Positions 26,488 through 41,109 of a stretch of DNA of 64,000 bases are shown here, piece after piece. Source of the DNA: Rotaria socialis (taxonomy: Eukaryota); assembly GCA_905331295.1 (NCBI GenBank), contig CAJNYD010000012.1:558001-622000 (forward strand), in the 5' to 3' direction. Under the pieces are notes generated by a model. It saw nothing but the letters and a program-made list of their open reading frames with translations, was not told the origin of the DNA and did no database searches. Made by a program: the position numbers and the translations under genes. Position 1 is the stretch's first letter. Each line of letters begins with the position of its first letter.

Positions 26488-29383
26488 ATGAAATTAAAAG
26501 AAATAGATCGTACTGCTCATGTTGCTTGGTCGCCCGCTAAATGGCAAGAACAAAAACCAAATGGAAACTATTTAGTTACTGGTACTGCTGCACAACAACT
26601 TGACGCAAGTTTTAGGTTAGTTGAAATTAAAGAATTTAATCAATGAGAAAAATATTGATTTTTATAGCACAAATTCTCAATTAGAAATATTTCAAGTGAA
26701 TTTAGCTGATAGAAGTATGGCAATGATACCAATCGGATCAATAAAAACAGATTATCGGTTAGTTTATTTTGGCAAACAACGTCAAAATTTATATATTTTT
26801 TGTTTAGCTTCAATAAATTAATTTGGCCATCAGCTAAACTATTAATTGGAGCTACAGAAAAAGGACGAATATATTTAGTTGATCCAATAGCTCAAAAAAT
26901 AACTGAACAACTTGATAAACATACTGCAAGTGTTCATTCAATTGATATAAATATTCTTCAGTCAAATTTATTTGCAAGTGGTGGATCTAATTCCGAATTG
27001 ATGATCTGGGATTTAAACGATCTTAAACAACCAATGATACCAGGTGGTACATCGTCAACAACTCATCATATTGATGAAGAAGTTCAATGTGTCGCATGGA
27101 ATAGACAAAAATCGCATATACTTGGTTCAACTCTTGGTGGAAAAACTCTTATTTGGGATTTAAAATCAAGTAATGAACCAATTTTCAAAATAAGTGATTC
27201 AACATATCGAATGCGTACAAATCGTCTTGTTTGGCATCCAGATATAACAAGTCAATTGTGTTTAGCTAGTGAAGAAGATCAATCAGCAGCTATACAATTA
27301 TGGGATCTTCGTTATGGCGCTAGTCCTATGAAATTACTTAGTGGACATACAAGGTGAACTAATATATTGATTTTTAATTTAATTATGAACTGCATTGGTT
27401 TTATTTTCTAGAGGGATTTTAGATTTACAATGGTCACCAAATGATAGCAATTTATTAATGTCAAGCGGTAAAGATAATAAAATAATATGTTGGAATCCAA
27501 ATGATTTGAGTGTTATGGCGGAAATTGTTTATGAAATTCCATGTAATCATTGGTGTTTTGATATCAAATGGTGTCTTGGTATGCAAAAAAAGGTTCTTCT
27601 TGAAATAAAATTCATTGTTTTGAAAATTTAGTCGACCCAAATTTGATATCGGCTTCATCATTCGATGGTACACTAAGTATTTATACATTAATGGGTGGCT
27701 CATGTCAAGTTTCTCGTCCAGTGAATAATCAATTATTTACTCAAGCATTTGGCGATGGATTAAATGCAACCGAAGCACTTCCGTCAACAATTACGCATGA
27801 TGTTTTACCTATTAAATATGCACCGAAATGGATGCGACGCCAAACAAGAGTTTCATTTGGTGTAAGAATATTTTATCCATTTTCTTTTTCATAGAGAACT
27901 CTCTCTCTGTATCATCTAATCTCTTTTTTAGTTTGGTGGCAAACTAGTGATAGTTCAACCTCCAACAAGCCCACCAACAACCGAATCAGGTCCATCGTCT
28001 CCAAATACTATTAACAATCGTCGTCCACCTGTAGTTATTCAACAAGTTGTTGTTGACCATGAATTTGTTCAAGTTGTTCAAACATTCGATACAATGTTAC
28101 AATCTGGTACACTACTTGATTATTGTGATCATCAAATATCTTCACTATCATTATCGCAAGATGAACAGATTTTATGGCGCTTTTTACGTGCTTCATTTGA
28201 AAGTGATCCTAGAAATAAATATATTGAATTATTAGGTTTTCGTCGTGATGATCTTTTAAGTAAAGTTCAAACATTAACAAAAGATGAAAAACATGATTTA
28301 CCTATGGATGCTATCAATGGTTTACATATTCAAGATAATAAAATTAAAAAAAGTTCAAATTCTGGTAAAAAATTCTGTGTTTATTTGCATTACTATGTAT
28401 TTGATTGAATCTTCTTCGTTTTTTGTTGTTGTCTAAATAGAAATAGAAACATTATTAAGTCGATGCATTATGTTAGGACAATTTGAAGCTGCTGTCGAAT
28501 TATGTTTTCATGAACAACGTTATACAGAAGCTCTTCTTCTTGCTCATCTTGGTGGTCAAGAACTTTTATATTTAACACAAAAACGATACTTTGAAAAAGT
28601 TCAAACTCCAACAGCCAGAGTGAGAGAAAAAGAATAAATCATTGATTGCAATAAGAATTAATTATAATCCTCTTCTTTTCTTCTTTTAAAGTTGATTGAT
28701 ATTGTTATAAGTCAAGATTGGACACGTTTAATCGCATCAAGTAATATGACCAATTGGCGTGATGTACTTGTTGCCCTGCTTACTTATACAAATGATTCGA
28801 CGTTTATCGATTTATGTAATAAACTTGGTCATCAGTTAGCTAAACAGCATATGGATACGAACGATTCATTCCGTACATATGCATCAATATGTTTTATTTG
28901 TACGGGTAATTTGGAACAATTCTCTGTAACTTGGTCAAGTAAATATCAACAGCAAGGAATGTCACCAATGCAATTAGAACAACTTATTGAAAAATTATTC
29001 GTTCTTAGACGATCATTAGATTATGCAACTGCACATCAACAACAACAACAGAAGAAAACAGTTATTACGCCACCATCTATGGATGGACCGTCGATAAGTC
29101 GACATTTAGCTTTATTTGGACAATTGTTAGCTAATGAAGGTTGTACAAGAGCAGCACTAATGTATTTAGGCAATTTACAAACAGTAAATTTATTTTCTCA
29201 ATATAAATGAAAAAAAGTAGTCTCATGCGTTTTTCACTGTTTAGTCGGAACTTGTAGTTTTACGCGATCGTCTTTATCATGGTTTACCAATGAGCCAATT
29301 AACTGGTATACCAAAACCACCAAGTCCATTTCGTAGAGTTGATATTCCTACACCACAGCAGCAACAGCAACAGCAGCAGCAGC

Positions 29384-29415
<32 letters not shown>

Positions 29416-30754
29416 CGAAAAGCAAGTTCAACTATGCCACAACACTTTCGACCTCAAGTTCCTGCTGAACAACCATTGGTGCCGCCATCGAATGCTAGTT
29501 GGCCATCAGCACAAAATTTACCTAGTGATTTTACTGTAAGACCAGGAACTACATCTATAACAAAGTACATATTTAAAGACAAAAAAGAGGAAAGATAATA
29601 TTTCACTTTTTAATTTGATTAATTTAAGTCGATATCCACCACAACCTACGGTTCCATCGTATCAACCAACTCTTTATAATCCTACTACTGTTGTTCCTCA
29701 ACATTATACACCAACGCCAGTAATGTCTAATTCACAATATGTTCACGGTTCGCTTTTACATAAACTATTTGCATTTCGCATGAATGCCAAATTTTTGTCT
29801 CGCCGTTTCTCTTAGGTCATTCAAATCAAGTGGCACCAACATCAACTGATCTATCCAGCGTACCACCCATCCCTTCTTCGATTCCATCTTACCAAGATTT
29901 TAAACCTACTAGTGCATGGAATGATCCTCCGACAGTTTTAATGAAAACACCAAAACAAATTTCGGTTAAAGTAAACTCAATTTTCATGCTCATTTCAATA
30001 GTGCAAATGAGTCTATATGTATATATATTTAGTCATCTGGTCCTCCGACAGATGGTCTTAATTCTGCTAATTCTACATTTCTTCCAGTTCCTAATGAGCC
30101 TCCTCAATCGACATTTCATTTTAATCCAACAATAGCAAATCATTCAACAGCATCTATGCCTCCTCCAACAATGTTAAATCAATCCACAGCACCTAGTTTT
30201 CCTCCAACAATATCTAATCAGCCAACAGCTTCGATGTTTTCTCCAACAACAACAACATCTGATTTTGCTCATCATACTGCTCCTTCAACACATGAAACAT
30301 CAAGTCGTAAAGCAGCGACTCCTCCTCCGCCACCTGCACCCGTTGTTAAAGGTCCATTACCGACTGAGCAGCAAATAATACAAGACACCCTTGATTTACT
30401 GGTTAGTCGATGTCAACAAGCAACACAACAACTACCATTAAAACGAAAATTAGATGAAGTGAAAAAGAAACTTGATGTTTTATATGATAAACTTCGAGAA
30501 AATCGAGTCAGTTTAATCTTGTATCATTGAATCGTTCGCCTAAAATATTTCTTTTTTCTTTTTAGGTTCCACTAAGTGCTTTGCAAGGTATTCATGTAAT
30601 CATAGGTCATATTCGTCAATATGATTATCAAACATCACTTTTGGTCTATAATCAAATAGTTGCAAGTGAAAATCTAGCCGAAACAAGTCAATATATGCCA
30701 GCTGTTAAGATTCTTCTTCAATGTTGTATTCAACTTAATGTTTACTGTCAATAA
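26488..30754 (+). CDS. SEC31: Protein transport protein SEC31 (COPII outer coat), multi-exon
   Basis: Start MKLKEIDRTAHVAWSP, GTAAQQLDASF, WD40 repeats (WHPD...IQLWDLRY), APKWMRR..SFGFGGKL, alpha-solenoid, Pro-rich region with AWNDPP, and C-terminal KRKLDEVKKKLDVLYDKLR. Confidence 0.96.
29356..29415 (+). repeat. CAG/CAA repeat encoding Q20 within SEC31
   Basis: 60 nt of CAG/CAA codons. Confidence 0.95.
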
Positions 30755-32948
30755 ATATTTTAGCAACAGCATGAAAACTGTAGACATCTCTGTTTTTTTC
30801 TTTTTCATTATATTGCAGTGTGTGTATGAATGTGCTGTGCTAGGAATCTCTTATTTCTTGATTGTTTTATTCAATGATAATGCGACGGGAAAAGAACTAA
30901 TTTATTACTATTATTACATTTTGTTTTTACAGTTATGTTTTTATTTCTGGTTCGTTTGTTTTGTTTGCTTGGAAAAATATATTATCAAACATTTTTCTTC
31001 TGTTTTTTAGTTTGACTAGCAGTGAAAAAAGAAAAATACTCGATGTGTTTTATCGATACAATAAGAAATGAACATGAAAAAATATTTATTTGTCGTATAA
31101 AAAGACAAAAATGAATGTTAATTCTATTGGATTATACACGCAAATAAAGTCCATATAATCTTCAAAAATAGTCCATTTAAAATATTTTTCACATTAGTAG
31201 TTCTTTGATAGATTCCTTATCCCTGTGGTATATTTCCTTGGAAAAAATTGGAATCGAAAAATCGACTATAGAGTTGTGAATAATACTCGGTTAATCCAAT
31301 GTTCACATAGATACTTAACAAAAAAAAATAGATTAATATAAGAGTCAATAGTAAACTTTGTAAAGCTTCTTCAAACTATTTCTATAATAAAATGTAGATA
31401 AACAATTTCATTAAACGAATTGATAAAAGTTACGGAGTTGCTCAATGTAGAAATTTGTGTATTTTATGTACATTTGCGCATTTATCAAGATAAAGATAGA
31501 TAAGTATTGAAATATTTCTATCTTCGAGGAAAAATAACTAGCAGTGTTTTGATTCAAGTGAATATGGCATAATTAATTGTTATGTTAGTTATTATAGTTA
31601 GATCTCGCTATCAATAGAAAATAAGACATACATTTAGGATACATTTCTTGATAAAATCCATGTGGAAAAATAATGAATCAAATTCCTAGTTCAGTGCACG
31701 TATTTCCCATTAACATATTAATCTATCTAATATAGGAAATGATTTGAAGGTTTTGTATGGGAATATTTTCACCTATTGAATAGCTTTAGAGTTGCAAAAC
31801 CTAGTAGTATTTGATCATTTAGAATCTTTCATAGTTATCTTACGAAGATCTAGCATATGTAAAAAAATTCAAACTCAAAAAGTTATCAAGCAAGTGAAAA
31901 TGTTACTTGGTTAGTTTTCATAGTAAATTGTACGTTCACAGATGAGAACCTATGATGGCATGTTCGGTCCATAAAAAGAGAATGTTTGATGACAAAGAAT
32001 ATCTATTTCACAGTCTTAAATATATACAAGAATATAAGGTAGAAATAGTCAGTATAAAATAAGTTGCTGGGCCTTTTTCAGTGAACAATTTCTTGTACTG
32101 AATGATAAAGGCATCGAATTCAACAAAACACAAATCATGTGAGATAATAGACAAGTAAAAGTGAACAGTCAACATCAATTTATATTTCTAGGCAGTATCG
32201 TTCATCATCTTTGTTTCAAATGAAAATTTCTACTTGTAGTACTTGCAATTGGATATGATCGAATAAGGTGTATTCTTGTATTGTAACAAAAACCCTACTG
32301 CAAAGCAATTTTTTTATTCTATTTTATTCTTTTAGATAACAATTAGCTAAATTTGTTATAGCCATGACACCAATAATTATATTCGAAAGGATTACACATT
32401 GTCTTATTAAATCAATATTATTGGACTTCTATTTTTTCTATTATATTATACATAATTCAGAATAAAAGAAACGAATAATGTAAAACAACCTTCAATTTCA
32501 AGACTGAGTGTACTTTACATATTCTGTCTAGCACTAGCCGTTTTTTTTCTATATAACATTCGCTTGCTATAATCTAGAGTACATTAAGATCCTTAGATTA
32601 TATCAATATCAACAAACTTTTTTCTCACATTGGAAGAAGAAAAAGAATGTACTCAATTTCACGTTGTATTTTTGATAGCAATTATAGAATGTAATTCTAA
32701 CCTTTATCAAACGAATTTGTAGTTGTTGACTATTGAAATATCGTATTTATTAAGGATGAAAAATATTCTGAAGAATGAAAGCGATTTAAGAAAAAAAGAT
32801 TTCTATCAAAGAGTCTTATTCGTTAAGATAGTTAAAAATAGGTCTTACAAAACTTATTAATCTAGAGTACGAAAGATTTATTGAATATGTTTGAAATGAA
32901 AAGGTTGAACTCATAGTTTCAATTCTTTAGATTAAAAACGAAAATTGA

Positions 32949-33830
32949 ATGGAAACAAATATTGATGATTTATCGTTTCATCTGAGTGCACTAAAAACTA
33001 CTTCAAGTGAAATACCAATACTCGATAATCGTGAACCAATATCAACTTTTAGTTTGCCATCAATGTCATCATGTCCAATGGCAGCTGATGGTTCTAATCA
33101 TTTACTTGTTTATCATCATCATGCGTTATTATTATTTCATTTACCGAAATTCGAACTCTTATTTTCTATATCACTGATTCCATTTATTGAAAATCCAATA
33201 TCTGATATATGTTATTATTCAATATTAAATTGTTTTCTTGTATCAAGTTCAAATACACTTTATTCATTGTCATCCAGTCGACAGATTGATATAATTCATA
33301 AATTTTCAAATACAATTTGGTCAATTACACATACATCGAACTACATATTTCTTTGTTATTTATTTGGTTTTTCAATTGAACAATGGGAATTCAATTCTAG
33401 CAACGGAACTTTATTGAATACATGGCCAAAAGCTAATTTAATTGAATCTTCAGACATGGGCATTAATTGTATTCGAGCTGTAAATCAATATATTGGTATG
33501 ACTATTAAACAGAATGATTTTTCTTGGAGGATTGATTTATTTGATATATCAGCAATGAATCGACTACGTCGTGGTAGAACAATTCAACAAGAAAATAATT
33601 TAAAAAATTGGATTGGATTATTATATCCAATTGATCATTTTCGATGGTTATTTGCTGATGGTGATCAAGGGTTATTTTTAATTGATCAAACTGATCAACA
33701 AGAATATAAACAAATTGATATCAAGAAACTAGCTTGTAATATTTGTTTGATTAAGAATATAAACAGTAAAACATATTCTTCAATCGTTATTCAATCATAT
33801 GAATCATTGCATTTATACAATTTGCAATGA
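32949..33830 (+). CDS. Uncharacterised, probably beta-propeller-like protein (293 aa, single coding exon)
   Basis: Long intact ORF with short hydrophobic beta-strand periodicity (ISDICY, IWSITH, IEQW, INCIRA, WRIDLFD). Confidence 0.7.
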   Translation: METNIDDLSFHLSALKTTSSEIPILDNREPISTFSLPSMSSCPMAADGSNHLLVYHHHALLLFHLPKFELLFSISLIPFIENPISDICYYSILNCFLVSSSNTLYSLSSSRQIDIIHKFSNTIWSITHTSNYIFLCYLFGFSIEQWEFNSSNGTLLNTWPKANLIESSDMGINCIRAVNQYIGMTIKQNDFSWRIDLFDISAMNRLRRGRTIQQENNLKNWIGLLYPIDHFRWLFADGDQGLFLIDQTDQQEYKQIDIKKLACNICLIKNINSKTYSSIVIQSYESLHLYNLQ

Positions 33831-34277
33831 TTTTCAAACTAGTTTTTTTTAGAATTTCAAAGAAACAAGATATGTTACCAATGATTTATTCGTTGTAAAT
33901 AGAGATCAATAATTTAAAAAAAAGAGATCCACTCTTAATTATATTTAAACTCATCAATCTAACAGACGAATTTCAATATTCAATGATATTAACAGTATTT
34001 TTCTTTGAACAAAGAATGCAAATGCGATCGTATCATCATATTATCTAATCTTTTTCTATGGACACTCCAATTTCAATATTTTATTCTAATTTTTATAATG
34101 GAGAGTTTTTTTTTCTAGAGACTTTTTTGTATCATTTTTTTCTCCACAAGTATATTGTGGATTAAACTTTAAAATAATGCTCAAGACAGTAATCGACTAG
34201 ATGATATTAGGTATCTCACTTATTCCCATCTACGAAACAAAAGAATTCTCTCTCTCTCTAGATTACAATAATTCTTC

Positions 34278-35085
34278 ATGGATAAAAATCCTCCAAATAA
34301 CAATGAATCTGCTTCTCCTTCATTAATAGAATTATTAAAAAAATATACAAGTCGAGTAGATGAGCGTGAAACCTTACGACAAGATGATACGTTTGGCTGT
34401 CAACAACAACAACAACAACAAAGTAGGCACTTTAAGCTGATGTTTGGTTTTTCGTAGTCTTTCTTCTTTTCAGTTGAAACTGGTAATATTGAAAAATTAA
34501 AAAAAACTGTAACTAAACTACAATCTAACGCAACTTCAATAAATATTCCTAATCAATCGATGGAAAATTTCGGTGAAGCAAAATCGAATATAGATTATAA
34601 AAGAAAATGGGAAGAAGCAGAAACAAGATATCGTAATCTAGAAAAAAAATATCATCAATTAGAAAGTGGCACGGTGAAACAATTACAAGATAAAATTGAT
34701 CAACTTCAACGGGACGATAATCAATTCAAAGTTTGTTATAGAAAGAATGAAAGAAAAATGAAGATTCTACATAGATATATAAATGTATTCATGCTTATTG
34801 TTTTTCATTTAGTTCATTAAAGCTCGTATTGCTGAAATATGTTCTTCTCGTCAATTAACAAATATACAACTTGAACAATTAAAATTACTTGTTAATAGTA
34901 ATGATTTATCAATTGAAACCATTGCAAATAAAAACGATTTTCATCAACAAACAATAAAACTACGTGATATTTTAATCACACATAATAATGAACTTTTAAA
35001 TAGATTTGAAGAGTTAATGAACAAAAAGAGAAAAAGAAATCAATATGAAAATGATTCAATTGATGATAACGATAGAAATAATTAA
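34278..35085 (+). CDS. Uncharacterised coiled-coil protein with a C-terminal NLS-like KKRKR, 3 exons
   Basis: Exons join in frame across GT-AG introns; heptad-like segment YKRKWEEAETRYRNLEKKYHQLE. Confidence 0.65.
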
Positions 35086-37353
35086 CTTTTCATTGCATTG
35101 TTGGTTTTCTGCTCTGTGTAAACTTTTGCGAAAATAAAAGTTAGAAGATTTTCGTTGTCTAATTTTCTTTTATTCTTTTGGAAAAAGAATCGATCAAAGT
35201 CAACTATTACCTAAGAACATCATTAAAGATTTTTTCTTATCAAATTTTAAGTTTATTTTATTTTAGGTTATTTTTCTTTCTAGAGTAATAAATATGAATG
35301 ATTTTCGAAAAAATGACGTATATGAAGATATAGTTGATTTCAGAGTTTCTTTTTTATATTATTATGAATCTTGATGAAATTCTATACATATAGTTTTATT
35401 TTGCTACGTAAGTTGATATTGCTATTTAAAGAATATTCCTTCGTATTAAAAAATCGTATTTACTTTGAAGACAACCAGTTGAAATACTTTTTGGACATGT
35501 TGAATACAAGATGATTTTAGGCATGCTACTATCAAAAACATCATCTAACAAACGAGAGTTTATTAGAGCCCTACGTAAAAAACACTATATTGGATACAGA
35601 TTACAGCCATCATTTAACATGGTTCTGATTTTGATTTTGATTTTTCTAACTGCATTTATCTAGCTTGTGTAGACATCACATAGGCATGGGCAAATTTTCT
35701 ACTGAAAAAGACTACTATTCAAAACTATCATTGACAATCTGATATAAAAAATATGATGAATAAGATTGTCTTGCAACGATCAACATTATGATTGAAATGA
35801 AGTCTCATTTTTAATAGATTTTTAGACAAAACTGTAGAAAATGATTAATACTCGAGAAATGCTTTGTTAAACTGAATATTCTAACTAAATATTTTAAACT
35901 TCTAGTCTATGTCAATGTTGCTTTGGTTTATCTTTTGATAATTATTTAATATTAAAATGTATTGATGTATTCTTATAGATAATTTTTGAGATATTTTTGA
36001 ATAAATTCAACAACGTAGCATTTTTGATCGTTTTTTTTAATATGAATGATTTAGATATCTATTTACTTTACGTGACATAGTCTATCTCTTTTTTTTCGCT
36101 CAACTATTAAAAATATTCGTTAATAATTATTTTTCGTTTTCTTTTATTTTACTTCAAAATTTATATTTTAATATCGCTTTATTTTAGAGAATTATTGAGA
36201 AAAACTGTCGAAGATGACTGCAGGTTAATACTTTTCAATCACAATTGATTCACTCATTTTAAGAACTTTTCTCTTAGTGCTAACTTTTTTTTCATGTCCA
36301 TAAATAAACTTCATTTCTATTTAAATAATGAATTTTTTCTCTTTCTCTATTCTACATCTACAGGTGGTATATGAAAAATTAATTAACTATGAAAAATTAA
36401 TAGAAATGAACTGGCTTCTAGTAAAATAAAAATCTTTAAATGGTGTTCAACTAAATAAAAGGACTGTATTGTTTATGGTCAAATGAAATATATTGATTTT
36501 AAATTTTACTTAAACTCCTGTTATTGAGGACGATCTATCAGTATGCTAATTATCATCATCAACAATCGTTTGCAACAAAGATATTTTCAGCAACACATAA
36601 TTCTCATAATCCTCTTTATCAACCAAAAACAAAATCTCCTTCGCTTTTTCAATAACTTTTAATGAGCTCTAAGCTCTGTTCTAACATATATTTATGTTCA
36701 GTATTTATTGTTGTTTTTCTTTCACATGAATATGTTTACATTAGGGTTTATGTCCATTAGTAAGTTGACTAATTCATGTAAGTTCTTTTCTACGAACGTA
36801 TGACAAAATAGATTGATATTGAAAAGATCGTTTCGTTTTTGATCTCCTTATTGAAAATACTCTTAAAATAGATTTTTCAAGGAATTCTAACTTTATTTTG
36901 CATTGTATCGTAATGATCAAATATGAATTTGGCGTATTGGTTTCAAATCACAGTCTAATGTATTTTCTTAAGACTATCTAGCTACGTATATCACTCTTTT
37001 TTCCTATCATTTACGTTTCAGGTTTCTTATATTATGATAAAATTGTCGATTCTTTTTTTGCACTATACTTAAAAATAGTGAATTCATTATTTATAAGTTG
37101 TATGATGGAATTTCCTGTGGAAACGGATAGATTTATTTTTCTATAGAAATATCCTAAGTAACTGCTTGAGTAGGAAATATCTAAGATGTCTGTACAGGTT
37201 AAAATTATTTCCTTGGTCATTTCACATTCGTCGACGACATTTTGTGAAAAAGAAACATTTGATTTATTTTTCACCGTTTTACTTACTCCTTGTTTGTCTT
37301 ATCGATGTGTACTTCGATTGTTGATGTGTTTATCTATTCTAGATTTGTCTAAT

Positions 37354-38028
37354 ATGAATTCTAATGTTAATTATTCACCATTTATTGAACACTCATTTCG
37401 GCGACTATCGCTTCTAATTCATCAACAAGACATTCTTAATGCTACTACACCGTCGACTACTGCTAGTACAACAGGTGAAAAATCATCCAATGCATTATTA
37501 TTAGTAAAAAATAAAGAGAATAAGTTTGACAATAGTTGTTCATTATCATTCTTATCTGAAGAGCGATCTCATCAACAATCTACTGATCGTAATACAACTA
37601 ATTCAAATGAAATCAAGACGAAATTTGCACCAATAACAAAAACAAATCGAACTTTTATGCGTCCACCCAAAACTCAAACAAGTAGCAAGTTTTAATTCTA
37701 AATGTTTGTTCTGATTAAGATTTTAATTTGTATAGCTTCATATCGTTGTTCATCATTGCATCTGTCTGATCAATCAGAAACTTCTTTGAGTCGTTCATCG
37801 AATGCTCCTTGTTCGCCTTCTATAACGCAACAAAAATTGAATGAACTACACGTTCATATACCTGTTGAACGAAGTTTATATGATATTAAATTTGAACGAG
37901 ATCGTCATAATGATTTACGTGAAAAATACAATATTCCTCCACCGTTTCAACGGAAATGGTTACGAGAACCACGCTATACACCGAAGGAACGACCAAATTG
38001 CGGTCAAGTTCAACAATCAGAAAACTAA
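37354..38028 (+). CDS. Uncharacterised Ser/Thr-rich protein, 2 exons
   Basis: Two ORFs joined in frame by a 51-nt GC-AG intron (37685-37735). Confidence 0.55.
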
Positions 38029-38211
38029 TCATGCTGTTTTGTATGTGTTAGAATCTACTTATGTAGTTTTTCATTAAACAATATTATTCTGTTGTTAGCT
38101 GTAGAATCTGTTTTTTTTTCTAATAAAAAGTATTGAAAAAGATGAGTTTGAAACAATATAAAATGATTCTCAAATTAAAAAAGAGACACGAAATGGCCTT
38201 TATACTACTTT

Positions 38212-38406
38212 CCCAGGGCGAAACCGACCAATAGGATCCTATCGAATTCCATGGATTCCGACACTCCGACATCCGACAATTTCCTATCGGAATCCGATAC
38301 CAAGGATTCCGACAACTTCCAACGAATTCCTATCGTATCCGATATAGTCCGATAGTTTTTCCTATCGTATCCGACGGGATCCAACTGTCGGACCAATCGT
38401 CCTGGG
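38212..38406. mobile_element. MITE, CCCAGG...CCTGGG type
   Basis: Terminal inverted CCCAGG/CCTGGG; internal TCCGAC/ATCCGA repeats. Confidence 0.75.
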
Positions 38407-38410
38407 AAAT

Positions 38411-40367
38411 CACAGGTTCAAACCATACGGCAGGAAACTGTTGGTTCCAGTGAAATTCCGACAAAAACATTGAAGCAGTATTCCGGGACCGGTTACGACT
38501 ACCGTTTACGGCAAGGTTCTTGAGAAGGGCTCCGACGCCTCTTCACGGGAGAAGGATCCCAACTATATTCTTTCCGCTTCCGATTCTGTTGCGACGTCCA
38601 GATCTGGCCGTTTTTATTTTCTTTCAGACGGTTTAATCCCGCAACCAGAAATGATAGGATCTATTGGAAAACTTATTCCTTATAACTACATGACTTTAAT
38701 ACCTTACAATCGACAAATTGGAGCGCTCTCTCAAAAGAATCACTAGAATACAATTGTATATTCAATGTTCAAACGTATGGAATATTAAGAAAAGGTTACA
38801 ACTCCATACAAGCATTGATAAAGATTTTGGCTCTTTTCAAAACATTGGACTCAATTGGACATCATAGTCATTCTTAAAGCAGTTTTAAGGAGTACGAATT
38901 TAACAGCAGTGTAAGAACAGGCTGATTGGATACAAAATACCCCGTAAGAGATTGCACAGCTCACGACCCACTGCTGACAGCAATAGTGGAGTAGAGACCA
39001 CGATAGACAATTGAATTATGTCTTCAAATTGGAAGATATTATTTACCTCAGATAATCCGACGCGACAATGCATGATAACGAGGTAAACGGAACCACTACT
39101 GAGCTGATTTAAATTAATTTAATTGCCAGAGTTCAAAAACATCTGATACAAGAAAACCGACACCATAAAAAGCAATAAATTACACGTCCATCTCTGGAAA
39201 GTCTAGAATCCGGCAAAATACTCAAATCTTATAATTTTAAAGGTCTTCAAGCACACCTGTCATAGGTACGAACGAAAGATGACAGGTAGGCACAGGAGCA
39301 GAAAGACCATTCTCTCTGAATCCAACCGAGTTAGATATGTCAAAAACGAAAGCGCTTAAAAAACAAGTATTGCAATACTAAAACAATCTTCAGACTGCAT
39401 AGCAGCCGACCTTCACCTATATATATATATATATATGCGTGCTCGACACTTAGAAGTTCATTCACTCGTCCATGCAGCTACTAATAAAGTGCCTTAAAGA
39501 TTGCCTGAGACTCTTCAAACTGACGTAGCGATACATGAACACCCTCAAGATCACCAATCTATCCACAGGAGTGAGCATTCAAAGTTTCAACCCCAGAGGC
39601 GCAACACACCTCTTCAGGTAAGTCACAGGTAACACTTCGCATACTTTTTTTTATACCAAAACTTTCTCAAAATCATTCCAGTCCCATTTCTAATATTAGT
39701 CAATGATAATTGAAAACAAGAATCGACATAGAACTTTGAACTTGTTATAAATCTTCCTTGAGCAACATTTACAATCAGTGTTGTACTCTCCATCAACAGA
39801 ATAGCATCTAATTAAGGTAAATAAAATAAATCACTTTCAAAGATCTTTATTAGTAAAATCATTATTTCGGACTTAAATCAAGCTCGAATTGCAGCGTTTC
39901 TTCGCGGAAAGATCTTAGAATATGATTTTCTATCGATTTGGATCTCCTACTCACAGAAATACCTTATAACTAAGGTAGTCACAATAAAGATCTCTAGTGA
40001 TCTTCGTAGATTTTTCATATTTGTTTCAGGATGCAAAATCATGGGTTCCGTTGTACTTCCGGTTTGCCCCTTCAGCATTCTTTGCTTTTCCGTTTTGAAT
40101 GTGAAGGTTTCCGCTGGCATTCCTGATCTCCCCCTCCCTGTTCCTCTATGATCATTGTATGTTCCTTAGAGTTTGCTATGACTGGATTTGAGAGGAAGTT
40201 AAGGGTTCAGGGTACGATTTTTTCCGGATGGAATACTGCTTCCACTTCCTTTTGTTTTTCTTGCAGGGTCCAGCGAGAGGACTAGGGAACCGGTGGGAAA
40301 TCACCGGAAAGAAGCCGTTTCCAGACAGGTTCCGAAAGGATCCAGAGAACGAAGTCATCGACCTGGG
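38411..40367. mobile_element. Non-autonomous TIR element (~1.96 kb) related to the CCCAGG family
   Basis: CACAGGT...ACCTGGG ends, AT on both flanks, and subterminal inverted match GAAGCAGTATTCC (38472-38484) / GGAATACTGCTTC (40230-40242). Confidence 0.6.
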
Positions 40368-41109
40368 ATACTAATTTGTCGGATTTCGCTCAGCTTTGTT
40401 TTTAGGGTCAGCTTGAAATAAAGAATGTATTTGTACGTTGCCTAGTGAAATTAAAATTTCGATGGATTGATTAAAGGACATCAACTTGAAGTTGATGAGC
40501 AATTTAGGTTTCAAACTTCCAGAAGTACCGCCTGAATGAATTGAAATATGAAGTGACTTTTTTTAACTTTATCAATATTTTATTTTTATTTATTTTTTCC
40601 TGAATTATTGAACTTGTTACATTTATTTTCAAATTTTCAATACTAAGTTTCGTTCGCCTAAAAATGTAATTCAGAAATGATGATTTTGTAAGGTTTTTAT
40701 CGTTACAAAGTTTCATGATAATAAAAGAGATGTCAGCAAGCAATAGTAGCCAATAGTCTATTTCTTCGCATTTGATCTAAGATAGTGAATCATTGAAATA
40801 ATTTAATGTTCAATCAAAAGCATTCTCTAGGATTATGGTGATAATCACGAAAAAACGTTTTCTGAGCAATGAATTCTATTATGATTATTTGAGAACTAAA
40901 AAGAAATGTAATGATTTTTGTTTTTTATTACAACTGCTGAAGACAGAAAATGTGTATATTCCAAGCGAATGTGAAACTAATCAGGCCAAAACGATGTCTA
41001 ATTAATTTTAAGATTGCTTGTTCCTTTTCCGTTAAATTTTTTATTTTTTCGTGTACTCGGTTCGCGCTTCGCACCGCATTTTGTATACGAGTGAAACTCG
41101 AATACCATC

